64,000 nt of DNA from Elusimicrobiota bacterium (GCA_016208085.1 JACQYT010000015.1:2775-66774), one strand, 5' to 3'. Positions 27,198 through 36,693 are shown, numbered from the stretch's first letter. Program-made: numbers and translations. Notes: generated from the sequence alone by a model not told the origin.

Positions 27198-30100
27198 ATG
27201 AAGACTTTAAAGGCGGATAACTTGTCTATTGCGCAGCGGCCGGCCGCGTCCTTGCAGATTTTAAATATAAAAAAACCGCTTTGGGTCCTGCTCTTTGTTT
27301 TTGCCTCTACCCTCTACCCTCTCCCCTCTGCCTTCTCCCCTGCTTTTGCGGCCGGGCCGCGCAATAAAAACGCGCGCAGAATCTCGCCGCTGTCCGATTC
27401 GCTCCGGAAAGTCGGCAAAACCCCCGATCGCGCCGCCCGGGAAGCTTTCCGTAAATTCGTTTCAAAAACAGGCAATTCGCCCTGGCGCGTGCGCTATAGC
27501 CCGAAAACCGCCCTGCCCGAAGCCGTGGTGGGCGGCAAAACCGGCAAATATCCGGGCGGACCCCAGGCCGCGGCCCTGGCTTTCTTAAACGACAATAAGG
27601 ACCTGTTCAAAGTGGACGTCTCCCAGCTCAAGCCGGCGTTCTCCAGGACCTTTCTGGGCGTGACCCACCTGCAGTATTCCCAGTTCTACAATTCCATACC
27701 TGTTGAGTTCGCTTATGTCAGGGTCCACGTTACCGCCTCCGGCGAAGTGACAGGCTGCCAGTCTAAATTTGAGCCGGATATAAATATCGCCGTACTGCCG
27801 TCCATTCCGGCTGATTACGCCGCCGGGATCGCTTCAGGCGACTCCGGCTTTAAGGCCAGGGCGCATAAACCGGAATTGGTCATATTTCCGGATGCCGACG
27901 CGGGCGGCGCCTTGAAACTGGCCTGGAAACTAAAGGTCAGGGCTGCGGATGCGGCCAGCGGCGTCTGGATCTATTACGTGGACGCCTCAAACGGCGGCAT
28001 TCTTTTTAAATATAACGACCTGCGCTATGTCTGCTCGGATAACACAAAATCCACCGGCACAGTTTCCGGCACGGTCTATGACATTTCGCCCTGGCCTGTC
28101 GGCGTAAGCAATAACGCCCCCTATTGGACCAAGCCGGTCTTAAGGCCCATAACCGATCAGTATGTCTGGATAGGAAGCTATCTAGACAAGACCATCACCA
28201 GGCCCCTGAACGCGACGAGCGCCGAATATTGCGGCGATCTGATCGGCAAGACCGGCAAGGCGTTCGCCTCGCTTAAAGGCCCTTATTTCGCCGTTACCAA
28301 TTTCAGGGGCCAGAGCGCTCATTTCGACAACGGCGGCGGAGTCTGGAAGGAGAGCCCTGTATCAAAACAAAGCCCGCATCCGTATGAAAATTCCTATACG
28401 TATCCTCCCTATACCGTGACTATTCCCGATACCTGGACGGCCGACGGAGATACTTTTGCCAAGGCGATGCCGCGCTTCGCCGCTTCCGTCTCCGACCCGT
28501 TCCAGGTGGGGGCTATGGATATTGAAGGCACGATAACCGACTGGGATGTGCTTACCATCAAGAACGCGGCGGGCAATATAGCGGGAAACTATACAGGTAA
28601 AAGAACCAAGCCGTTTTACGGCGCGGCGGTTGAAAGCCCTGAATACAGCGTTAATCTCAAAACCGATGAAACCGGCGTCTATAACGGCTTTTCCATAGAC
28701 AGCTCAAGATACCTGGTACTGACCGATAATCCGCCCGGCGAAAACAATCTCACCGGCTCAATCGTCTGGTCCACCACGACCGCGGGGATCAATATGGACA
28801 CGAGCGCAGGCGTGGAAAACGCGCTGGACGAAGTAAACGCTTTCTACCATTTAACCAAAGCCCGCGATTATTTCGGCACTGTCAATAAAGACCCGAATAA
28901 CGGCGGCGCCGCGGCGGCCGACCTTTTAAAACAGGTGCCAGTGATGGTGCACGCGCACGGCACCGCGGACAATCTCTGCGCGCCCGGCAGCGCCGGCGGC
29001 GGGGATTGCGTCGGCGGGATGATGAACGCCTGGTACGACGCGGAAGGCGACAACCTCGTCTTCGGCGACGGCCCTATGGACGAATACGGCAATTACCGCT
29101 CTTTCGCGCTGGACGGCACCATCGTCCGCCATGAATACACCCACCTGGCAGTCAACCGAATCTATCCTGTCATCAATTTCGGGGAATTCGGGGCTATTTC
29201 CGAGGCGCTGGCGGATTATTTTTCCCTCGCGTCTTTCCGGGCCGGCGGAGCCGATCTGGATATTATCGGTAATTTCCTCGGCTCCGGATACCGCGATTTA
29301 TCAGGCGGCGCAGGCATAAAGAAAATGCCGGGGGATTGGACGGGAGAAGTGCACGACGACAGCCTGATCCTGTCCCAGGCCTTATGGAGGCTGAAAAACA
29401 GCACGCCGACGACCACCACGGACCTCGGGAACTTCTCCGCTTCAATCTATTTTCCGAATATGCCCCGGTCCGACGTGTTCGTTTATACCGCGCTGTTCTA
29501 TTTTCCGGATAATTTCGCCAATTTCTATGACGCCATGATCGAGGCCTGCAAACAGCTGCCCGGCAGCGGCTGCGACGCGGCCATGCAGAACAAGATAACC
29601 CTCGCTTTTTCGTCGCATGCCATAGCGGGCATACAGGCCGGGGGCGACGCCTTCGAGGGGAACAACGGCCCCGAATGGGCCACGGATATAAGCACGCTGT
29701 CTTCTCTTTCAGCCACCATTGCTCCCGTCGGAGACCTGGATTATTATTCAATACCGCTTGCGGCCGGAAATTTCACCGCCCGCCTGGACCTGCCCGCGAG
29801 CAGCGCTTACCTCTACCAGGCCTACTCCCTGTTCCTTTTTGATAATTTACGCAATTACATAACGCAATACGAGCCCGTGATCTACGGAGGCGGCGCCTGC
29901 CGCGATACCGGCCCCTGCTATACGGAGGCGGCCGGCGTTACGCTCAACTATAATGTCGCCGCGGCGGGCCGCTATTACCTGGTGGTCGCGGGTTCTCTTA
30001 ATCAATGGGGCGGCAATTCCCAGGCCAGCTCCCAGGTTCCGTACAGGCTGAACCTTTCCTATACGCCCAAAGGTTCCGCGAACGCGGCGATAGCCGCCGC

Positions 30101-30764
30101 CGTTTACGATAACGACACGATAAGTTTTACCGTGCCGTATCTTAAAGCCGCGATGGAGCTTCACCCGTCTTCCACGACCCCGGACATCCCGCCGGGGGTG
30201 GAAACGGTGTTTCAATACGCCCAGCTGCGCGATCATAACTACGTTCCGCTGGCCCTGGCCAGGACGGATACCGGCAGTTATCTTGAAGTGGACCTCAGCA
30301 GCCTGAGATACGACGATAAGGTTGATAACCGCGAGGTACTCAAAGGCAGCGTAAGACTTAAACCGGGTTTTGCCAGCCGCTATCCGGGAGTGGGAACGGT
30401 CTATCTTGAGATATTCGGCCGCAATCATATGGGCAGGGTCATGTCAATGGGCGTTTCTAACGCCATAAATCTTTCCACTAATAAATCCGCCGCGACGGCT
30501 TACAATAACATCATAACGGGCGCCGGCTCACGGGCGATAATAAAATACGACGTGCTGACGGCAGGAACCCTGTCCATAAAAATATATACCGCTGCCGGCA
30601 CGCTGGTAAAAACAGTTTATGACGGCCCCGTGCCGGCGGGCAAAGGCACCGTAGACTGGGATGGAACCAACAGCAAAGGCTCCAAAGCGGCCAGCGGCAT
30701 CTATTTCCTGAAGGTATCCGGCGCGGGCCTCAATACGGTGGATAAGATAGCGGTGGTTAGGTAG
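27198..30764 (+). CDS. Secreted thermolysin-like (M4-type) zinc metalloprotease with propeptide, PPC-like domain and T9SS-type CTD
   Basis: HEYTHL...GAISEALADYF aligns with thermolysin HELTH...GAINEAISDIF. FTP/PepSY-like N-terminal region; DLDYYSIPLAAGNFTARL PPC-like. C-terminus LSIKIYTAAGTLVKTV...ASGIYFLKV...KIAVVR. Start taken at MKTLKADN (27198) within ORF 27117..30764. Confidence 0.8.
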   Translation: MKTLKADNLSIAQRPAASLQILNIKKPLWVLLFVFASTLYPLPSAFSPAFAAGPRNKNARRISPLSDSLRKVGKTPDRAAREAFRKFVSKTGNSPWRVRYSPKTALPEAVVGGKTGKYPGGPQAAALAFLNDNKDLFKVDVSQLKPAFSRTFLGVTHLQYSQFYNSIPVEFAYVRVHVTASGEVTGCQSKFEPDINIAVLPSIPADYAAGIASGDSGFKARAHKPELVIFPDADAGGALKLAWKLKVRAADAASGVWIYYVDASNGGILFKYNDLRYVCSDNTKSTGTVSGTVYDISPWPVGVSNNAPYWTKPVLRPITDQYVWIGSYLDKTITRPLNATSAEYCGDLIGKTGKAFASLKGPYFAVTNFRGQSAHFDNGGGVWKESPVSKQSPHPYENSYTYPPYTVTIPDTWTADGDTFAKAMPRFAASVSDPFQVGAMDIEGTITDWDVLTIKNAAGNIAGNYTGKRTKPFYGAAVESPEYSVNLKTDETGVYNGFSIDSSRYLVLTDNPPGENNLTGSIVWSTTTAGINMDTSAGVENALDEVNAFYHLTKARDYFGTVNKDPNNGGAAAADLLKQVPVMVHAHGTADNLCAPGSAGGGDCVGGMMNAWYDAEGDNLVFGDGPMDEYGNYRSFALDGTIVRHEYTHLAVNRIYPVINFGEFGAISEALADYFSLASFRAGGADLDIIGNFLGSGYRDLSGGAGIKKMPGDWTGEVHDDSLILSQALWRLKNSTPTTTTDLGNFSASIYFPNMPRSDVFVYTALFYFPDNFANFYDAMIEACKQLPGSGCDAAMQNKITLAFSSHAIAGIQAGGDAFEGNNGPEWATDISTLSSLSATIAPVGDLDYYSIPLAAGNFTARLDLPASSAYLYQAYSLFLFDNLRNYITQYEPVIYGGGACRDTGPCYTEAAGVTLNYNVAAAGRYYLVVAGSLNQWGGNSQASSQVPYRLNLSYTPKGSANAAIAAAVYDNDTISFTVPYLKAAMELHPSSTTPDIPPGVETVFQYAQLRDHNYVPLALARTDTGSYLEVDLSSLRYDDKVDNREVLKGSVRLKPGFASRYPGVGTVYLEIFGRNHMGRVMSMGVSNAINLSTNKSAATAYNNIITGAGSRAIIKYDVLTAGTLSIKIYTAAGTLVKTVYDGPVPAGKGTVDWDGTNSKGSKAASGIYFLKVSGAGLNTVDKIAVVR

Positions 30765-30906
30765 GGTAGAAGGGAAAAGGTAGAGGGGAGAGGAAGAAAG
30801 AGTTGGCGGATTTATGCATATTTCCAATTATAAAAGGGAACATATTCTTGTCCCGGCATTTCTGCTGGTTTTTACCCTCTCCTTTCTAACCTCTACCCTC
30901 TACCCT
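30762..30906 (+). repeat. Class A word hairpin spanning the protease stop and the PorV-like start
   Basis: G-arm 30762-30797 begins with the TAG stop. The loop holds ATG 30814. C-arm 30873-30906 encodes FTLSFLTSTLYP of the signal peptide. Confidence 0.7.
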
Positions 30907-31998
30907 GTCTTCGCGGGCGGGCCCGGTTCCGCCGGCGTCCAGGTTTTAAAGACCGATATCGGCCCCAGGGCCATGGGCATGGGCGGCGCTTTTGTGCCGG
31001 CGGCGGACGATATTTATTCCGTGACTTATAACCCGGCCGGCCTGGGCCGGCTTTATCTTCCCGAAATTTCGGCGATGTATCTTTCCGGCTTTTCCGACGC
31101 AAAGCTCCAATTTCTGGGTTATGGCATGCCGCTGCCGATCAACGGCCTGATCGGTCTTGACAAGCCCGGCGTGGCCGTTTCGGCCATACTCTCGCAGAGC
31201 GGTAATTTTACGCACCGCCGCATAAATGACGACGGCTCCATTTCGTCCAGGAGCATGGACGCCGAAGGCACAAAAGTATTTGCTTTGAGCTACGGCGAAA
31301 GGGTATATTCAGCGGAGATGAAGATAGAGGGTTATGAAGCCAGGATCGATCAATTCCTGGGCCTCTCGGCCAAGTACGTAAAATCCGAACTGCTGGGAAC
31401 CTACCCCGCTTCGGCCCTGGCTTTCGACGCGGGCTGGCTGCTGGTGGAGCCCGGGCTCGGTCTTACGTGCGGCGCTTCTCTTTCAAATTACGGGGGCAGT
31501 ATAAAATATCTGGAAGAATCCTATCCCCTGCCGTCCATAATGCGGCTGGGCCTGTCCTGGCAGCGGCCCACCATAATGGACCAGTCCGTCCTGCTGGCCC
31601 TAGAATATGACTTCTATACGAACGAGGGAATCAAAAGTTTCAAGGGCGGACTTGAATATCATTTCCAAAAGTTACTCAACGCGCGTTTCGGTTATAAAGC
31701 CGTGGACGATAATAAAGGCCTGACCCTGGGCGTCGGCGTGCGCCACGAGGGCTTCGCGCTGGATTTTGCCATGTCACTTGCCAATGAAGTCTTCAATTCC
31801 TCACAGGCGTCCTTCAGCTATAAATTCGCGGGCTGGCGCATCAGGGAATATAAAAAGTCCGTACAGTACCGCGATCAGGAAGAAAATAAGCCGCCGCCCA
31901 AAAAAGTGGACAAACCCGCCAAAAAAGAACCGGCCCGGCCGAAAAAACCGCAGGAACCCGGTCAGAAGAAAGATTCCGATTTCTTCATGCTTTATTAA
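30814..31998 (+). CDS. PorV/PorQ-like outer-membrane beta-barrel with Lys/Pro-rich C-terminal tail
   Basis: N-terminal GPRAMGMGGAFVPAADDIYSVTYNPAGLG pattern; alternating beta-strand sequence; tail KPPPKKVDKPAKKEPARPKKPQEPGQKK. Confidence 0.6.
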   Translation: MHISNYKREHILVPAFLLVFTLSFLTSTLYPVFAGGPGSAGVQVLKTDIGPRAMGMGGAFVPAADDIYSVTYNPAGLGRLYLPEISAMYLSGFSDAKLQFLGYGMPLPINGLIGLDKPGVAVSAILSQSGNFTHRRINDDGSISSRSMDAEGTKVFALSYGERVYSAEMKIEGYEARIDQFLGLSAKYVKSELLGTYPASALAFDAGWLLVEPGLGLTCGASLSNYGGSIKYLEESYPLPSIMRLGLSWQRPTIMDQSVLLALEYDFYTNEGIKSFKGGLEYHFQKLLNARFGYKAVDDNKGLTLGVGVRHEGFALDFAMSLANEVFNSSQASFSYKFAGWRIREYKKSVQYRDQEENKPPPKKVDKPAKKEPARPKKPQEPGQKKDSDFFMLY

Positions 31999-32087
31999 AA
32001 ATTTTTGCGGCAAAAATTTTTAATATACCCCCCTCATCTCCCTGCCTGCCGGCAGGCAGGGCAGGCGGCGCGGGACGCGAGAAAAGT

Positions 32088-32209
32088 AAGCATTCAGTGA
32101 ACCCATTGTCATTCCCGCAATTCGTAGGCGGGAATCTATAAAATTGATTGGATTCCTGCCAAAAGATCGCAGGAATGACAAGCACGAATGACGGGTTTAC
32201 TGAATATTT
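32088..32209. repeat. Y-shaped palindromic element (outer stem plus two ATTCC(C/T)GC hairpins)
   Basis: Outer arms aagcattcagtgaacccattgtc / gacgggtttactgaatattt. Inner hairpins attcccgc-aattcgtag-gcgggaat and attcctgc-caaaagatc-gcaggaat. Confidence 0.65.
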
Positions 32210-32262
32210 AGCGAGAAAACCCCGCGCCAGGTACATAAAATGTTGCCCCGGCAACGTTTTAT

Positions 32263-32292
32263 TTGACAGGTAAAATGTATTATTTATAGAAT
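32263..32292 (+). promoter_or_regulatory. Sigma70-like promoter TTGACA-N18-TAGAAT
   Basis: TTGACA at 32263-32268, TAGAAT at 32287-32292, about 68 nt upstream of ATG 32360, which has an AGGGAGG RBS. Confidence 0.5.
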
Positions 32293-32359
32293 AAGAGCAG
32301 CATTCCCCGGGGACGGATCGGCATCCGCGCCGGGGGGGACAACCAGGGAGGCAATAATT

Positions 32360-32809
32360 ATGAAAAAAACGATGGCGATACTGGCTTTCGCGATACTGGC
32401 GTGCGGCTGCGCTTCTTCGCCCAATAAAAGCGTGGTTTCAAAAGATGGAGAAATAGAAAGGGAATGGGTCGAGGAAGGCATCACCAAAACCGCGATCTTC
32501 GCCCGCGGCATAGGCGCCGCCGATCAGACGCTGGAAAATAAGACCCAGCGCATGGCCACTTCCAAAAACGCCGCTATAGTCGGCGCCCAGTACAATATGC
32601 TGTCTTTTGTTAAAGGCGTCAGCCTTGAGGGCGGCATAACGGTTGAGAAAGCCATAGAGACCGATTCGGTGCTCGCCACCAAAATAGACGGCATTATCAA
32701 AGGCGCGCTGGTGGTTCGGACCAACTGGACCCCGGACGACGGCTGCGTGGTGATCTTAAAGCTTCCCAAACAGGTTCTTAAAGACTCCGGCGTAAAGATA
32801 CAGGAATAG
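32360..32809 (+). CDS. LPP20-family lipoprotein
   Basis: Lipobox ILACGC; ARGIGAADQT...RMATSKNAAIVGAQYNMLSFVKG pattern. Confidence 0.65.
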   Translation: MKKTMAILAFAILACGCASSPNKSVVSKDGEIEREWVEEGITKTAIFARGIGAADQTLENKTQRMATSKNAAIVGAQYNMLSFVKGVSLEGGITVEKAIETDSVLATKIDGIIKGALVVRTNWTPDDGCVVILKLPKQVLKDSGVKIQE

Positions 32810-32832
32810 CGCCGGCGCAAAAGGCCCTCATA

Positions 32833-33906
32833 ATGAAAAGATATACGCATATCTTGTGCGTCGGTTTTTTTGCCCTCCTTGTCGGCGGGTGCTCGGGCGC
32901 CCGCAGGTCCGCCCTTAACAGCGCGTACGAAACCGAGGTGGTGGAGGCGGAAGGCCAGGCCCCGATAGTCAACGGCGACGCGCAAGGGGCGAAGAAGACG
33001 GCGCTCCACGAGGCGATGAAGAGCGCCCTGGGGCTGGTGGTCGGCATCTACGTCTCGCAGGAGGCCATGGTTTCAAAGGCCGTCCTGATAGACGATACCA
33101 TCACTTCGCAGACCGAAGGCTACATCGAGAAATACGAAACGCTAAAAGAAGAAAAGACCGGAGATTCCTACAAGATCAGGATACGGGCGCACGTGCGCAA
33201 AGAGGATATCTCCGCCAAGCTCAAAAACCTTGAAAGCGAACCGCAAAAACTGGGGAACCCCGTTATCGGCTTTGAGATAAAGGAGGTCGTAGACGGGAAA
33301 ACCCAGGAAACCGATTACGCGGAACTGGAACTTAAAAACACGTTTACGAACGCCGGGTTTATGACAGGCGAAAAAGAGAAAGCCGACGTCCTTATAAAAG
33401 GCCTGGTCAAATCCGATTTCAACACCAAGGAAGGCCTGGGCGGTTTTATCTCATACAGGGCGGGGCTGTCGGTGGACGCCGTTAAGCAGGGTTCGGGTGA
33501 AACGCTTGCCGCGCTGCAGGAAACAACCGGCGGCATAGATCTGAACGAATCGGCCGCCGCCAGGGCCGCCATCATTAACGCGGCCAGAAGGGCCGGCGAG
33601 GAGCTGAAAGAGAGGGTGCTTAAGGGTCTGCGGGAAAAATCAGTGGTAAGGCTTTCTCTTTCAAAAGTGGACGGCATGAACCAGTTGAGCGATTTTTTAA
33701 AGTCCCTCAGGAACATCCCGATGGTGCGGGACTGCTGGCTGAGGTCTTTGACGGGGAATACGGCCGCCATAGACGTGGGGCTGCGCAAAGGGAACGCGTC
33801 GGATCTCTCCCAGTTGCTGATGAAGAACGCGCGGTTCCCAGTGAAGATAAACAGGACCTCGTCATACGACCTTGAAGCCGAACTTGAAGCGGCTGCAGGG
33901 AAATAA
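32833..33906 (+). CDS. Lipoprotein with FlgT-N/LPP20-like N-terminal domain
   Basis: Lipobox LLVGGCSG; AEGQAPIVNGDAQGAKKTALHEAMKSALGLVVG pattern. Confidence 0.5.
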   Translation: MKRYTHILCVGFFALLVGGCSGARRSALNSAYETEVVEAEGQAPIVNGDAQGAKKTALHEAMKSALGLVVGIYVSQEAMVSKAVLIDDTITSQTEGYIEKYETLKEEKTGDSYKIRIRAHVRKEDISAKLKNLESEPQKLGNPVIGFEIKEVVDGKTQETDYAELELKNTFTNAGFMTGEKEKADVLIKGLVKSDFNTKEGLGGFISYRAGLSVDAVKQGSGETLAALQETTGGIDLNESAAARAAIINAARRAGEELKERVLKGLREKSVVRLSLSKVDGMNQLSDFLKSLRNIPMVRDCWLRSLTGNTAAIDVGLRKGNASDLSQLLMKNARFPVKINRTSSYDLEAELEAAAGK

Positions 33907-33908
33907 AA

Positions 33909-33987
33909 CAGTTGATAATTTGATAAGTGGGAACGGCAGTTGACAAATAGAAAAGTTGCGGCACTTATCAACCAGTCAACTTATAAC
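33909..33987. repeat. Class D hairpin (GTTGATAAGT family), copy 1
   Basis: gttgataatttgataagtg ... cacttatcaaccagtcaac, between convergent stops. About 85% identical to the reverse complement of 35700-35775. Confidence 0.7.
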
Positions 33988-33992
33988 TTCCC

Positions 33993-34730
33993 TTACTTTT
34001 TATCGCGCTTTTCAAGCCTGTCTTTTATCCGCTTTTCACGGGCCCTTAATTTTTTATCCTGCTCGTTAAGAAAATCGTCTATATAGCCTTCCCGGGCCGC
34101 CAATTTCCGGCGAAGCGTGTCGGCGTATTTCTGAAGCTTGACATAACGCCGCTGTTCCGCCTGCATAAACTTTGAAAAACGTCCGCTTACTTTCACTTCG
34201 GCGTCGGCGCCCACCAGCGCCTCTTTTCCGGGATTCAGGCTTGTTTCCTTTCCGGCCGCCGTTACGTCCAGCGCGCCCTCAAAAAGGCCTATATTGGAAA
34301 TGTCCGATGAGACCACGATGGTAAAGCTTGTCCCGCGCACCGCGCACACGGCCCGCGGAGTTTTCACTTCAAGTCTGGAAATTTTTTCCTTCAGCTTGGG
34401 GATCAGCCACATTATTTTGCCCTTTATCAGATTGAAGACGTAATTGCGCCCGTCTTTTTCAAGCTTCAGCGTTTCCACCACGGTTTCGGAATTACTATCA
34501 AGGTCGATCAAGGTGCCGTCCCCGGCGAGGATTTTACAGAAACCTTTCGCCCCGGTCTTTACGCGCGAGCCTTCTTTAAGCGGCGCCGGTTTAGCCAGGG
34601 TCTGCCAGACGGCGGAACCCGGCTCAAGCAGGAGCACCGGGCCTTTGTATTCATAGACGCATGCCGTTTCCGCCCGGCATAAACCCGTCAAAAACCCCGT
34701 CAGCATAAGCGCGGCCAGAATTCTTTTCAT
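33993..34730 (-). CDS. FecR-domain protein (secreted)
   Basis: Start at MKRILAALMLTGFLTGLCRA with a GGAGGC RBS; FecR-like LKEGSRVKTGAKGFCKILAGDGTLIDLDSNSETVV; basic coiled C-terminus. Confidence 0.65.
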   Translation of the reverse strand: MKRILAALMLTGFLTGLCRAETACVYEYKGPVLLLEPGSAVWQTLAKPAPLKEGSRVKTGAKGFCKILAGDGTLIDLDSNSETVVETLKLEKDGRNYVFNLIKGKIMWLIPKLKEKISRLEVKTPRAVCAVRGTSFTIVVSSDISNIGLFEGALDVTAAGKETSLNPGKEALVGADAEVKVSGRFSKFMQAEQRRYVKLQKYADTLRRKLAAREGYIDDFLNEQDKKLRAREKRIKDRLEKRDKK

Positions 34731-34839
34731 TTTGCCTCCAGAAATTAGCAATCCTTTTTTAACAATTAAAATATACAATATATGAAGCGCTAATAAAAAC
34801 GGCACCAGCAGGCGGTCAAATTTCCTGGGAGAAGAATCC

Positions 34840-35694
34840 GTGAACTTTTTCAGATTACGCATAACAAATACGCTGCTGGTCCTGCTTATAGGCCTCATCC
34901 TCGGCTATCTCATAAAAGATCGCCTGGGCACGAAGGAAGCGGATCGTTATATCCCCATATATCCCCGCGGCCATATTGCGGCTAAACCGGCCCCGGACGA
35001 TAGTTTTGAAACCCTGGCCGCAAAAGATCCGGCGGCCGGCGACCGCTGGATGTCCGCTTCAACCGGGAGCCGGGCGGTTTCACCCCGGGCGAAAACCAGG
35101 GAGACCGCGGAGGATTTCGTTCTGCCGGTCAAGCCCGGGCCCGAAGCGGATTATGATATTACCTATAGCCGAAGCGATTTTCAGACCAGCGCCGGATTCA
35201 CGGGACCGTCTCAGGCCTATGGCGGCGCCGTATCAGGGCCTATGGCCTTCGGACGGCCAAAAACCTCCGGCCTGCAACCCTCCACAGGGGCCGCCCCGCA
35301 AACCCCCGGGGCCGCGGACGGGCCGCCGGCCAGGGCCGCCGACGCGGAAAATAAAGACGACGTAGTCAAAAACGCTGAAGAGGGTTTCTTTAAAAATCCG
35401 GAGCGCTACGCCGCGCAGGACCTTGAGCTGGAACTCCAGATGATCCTGGCCAGAAAAACGCAGAACGGCTGGCTGCTTAATTTTGTGCACGCCCGCGGCG
35501 GGAAAAACGTGGACTATGTCTATATGGAAGACGATTTCCTACTGGGCGAAAAACCGGAGCTTAAGATCGGCTACTTTTACAATGTCACGTTCAAATGCGC
35601 GAAAGGAGACTTAAGCGCCGGCAATAAACTGCTTGGGATAAATCCGAGCGGCAAGAAAGCCGCCTGGGCCACCGGAGTGAGCGCGATAGAATAA
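34840..35694 (+). CDS. Membrane-anchored Pro/Ala-rich hypothetical protein
   Basis: GTG start after GGGAGAAG; TM LLVLLIGLILGYLI; low-complexity middle; folded-looking C-terminal about 90 aa. Confidence 0.5.
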   Translation: MNFFRLRITNTLLVLLIGLILGYLIKDRLGTKEADRYIPIYPRGHIAAKPAPDDSFETLAAKDPAAGDRWMSASTGSRAVSPRAKTRETAEDFVLPVKPGPEADYDITYSRSDFQTSAGFTGPSQAYGGAVSGPMAFGRPKTSGLQPSTGAAPQTPGAADGPPARAADAENKDDVVKNAEEGFFKNPERYAAQDLELELQMILARKTQNGWLLNFVHARGGKNVDYVYMEDDFLLGEKPELKIGYFYNVTFKCAKGDLSAGNKLLGINPSGKKAAWATGVSAIE

Positions 35695-35699
35695 AAAAA

Positions 35700-35806
35700 G
35701 TTGATAAGTTGAAAAGTTATTAGTTGATAAGTACCGCAACTTTCTTACTTATCAATTGCCGTTCCTCACTTGTCAACCTATCAACTGCTGTTTCTTACTT
35801 GTCAAC
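35700..35806. repeat. Class D hairpin, copy 2 (inverted relative to copy 1)
   Basis: gttgataagttgaaaagttattagttgataagta ... tacttatcaattg ... cttgtcaac. Confidence 0.7.
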
Positions 35807-35814
35807 TATTTTCT

Positions 35815-36693
35815 ATGTCTTATTTCTTCATCATAAACCCCTGCGCCGGTAAGGACAGCGCCGCTCAGGTGCCGGAACTTATACATGATTTTTTTAAGGG
35901 GCGGCGACTCCGTTATGAGCTGGCCTTTACCGAGCGGCGCGGCCATGCCGGCGAACTTTCGAGAAGAGCCGTCATAAACGGGTTCTCCCATATAGTCGCA
36001 GCCGGCGGAGACGGGACCATATGCGAGGCTGCCGAATCTTTGATAGGCAAGACCCAGGCGCTGGGGATACTGCCCATCGGTTCAGGCAACGGCTTAGCCA
36101 GGAACCTCTATATCCCGCTGAAAATAGAGGAAGCCCTGAACGGGGTGCTCCAATGGCGTCCGCGAAAAATAGACGCGGGGCTGGCGAACGGTAAACCGTT
36201 TTTCTGCGCGGCGGGCGTGGGCCTTGACGCCGAGGTGGCCCGGATCTTCAATAACCGCACCGGCGGCCGCAGAGGTATCTTGCCGTATGTCTATCACTGC
36301 GCGGTCACATTCCTGACATACAGGCCCAGGGCCGTGGTGATCGCCATGAACGGTCACCGCTATGAATTTTCGCCCATGGTAACCGCTGTCCTGAACGGAC
36401 GCCAATACGGCGGCGGGGCCACGATCGCGCCTGACGCCTATATAGACGACGGCATCCTGAGCGTCGTGGTCGTGAAAAAAGCCGGTATTTTACGGACCTT
36501 GCGCGCCGTACCGGATCTTTTTAACGGCAAGCTGCCCAGGAACAAAGACCTGGTCGCAAATTTCACCGCCCGCACTATCGAACTCACCTGCCCGGCCGGC
36601 TCCCCGTATCATCTGGACGGGGAAGATTTTGAGAGCGACGGAAACCTGAAGTTTTCGGTCCTGCGCCAGGTCCTCAATGTCCACGCGCCATGA
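35815..36693 (+). CDS. Diacylglycerol kinase-family lipid kinase (YegS/BmrU-like)
   Basis: FFIINPCAGK, GGDGTICEAA, GSGNGLARNL. Confidence 0.8.
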   Translation: MSYFFIINPCAGKDSAAQVPELIHDFFKGRRLRYELAFTERRGHAGELSRRAVINGFSHIVAAGGDGTICEAAESLIGKTQALGILPIGSGNGLARNLYIPLKIEEALNGVLQWRPRKIDAGLANGKPFFCAAGVGLDAEVARIFNNRTGGRRGILPYVYHCAVTFLTYRPRAVVIAMNGHRYEFSPMVTAVLNGRQYGGGATIAPDAYIDDGILSVVVVKKAGILRTLRAVPDLFNGKLPRNKDLVANFTARTIELTCPAGSPYHLDGEDFESDGNLKFSVLRQVLNVHAP

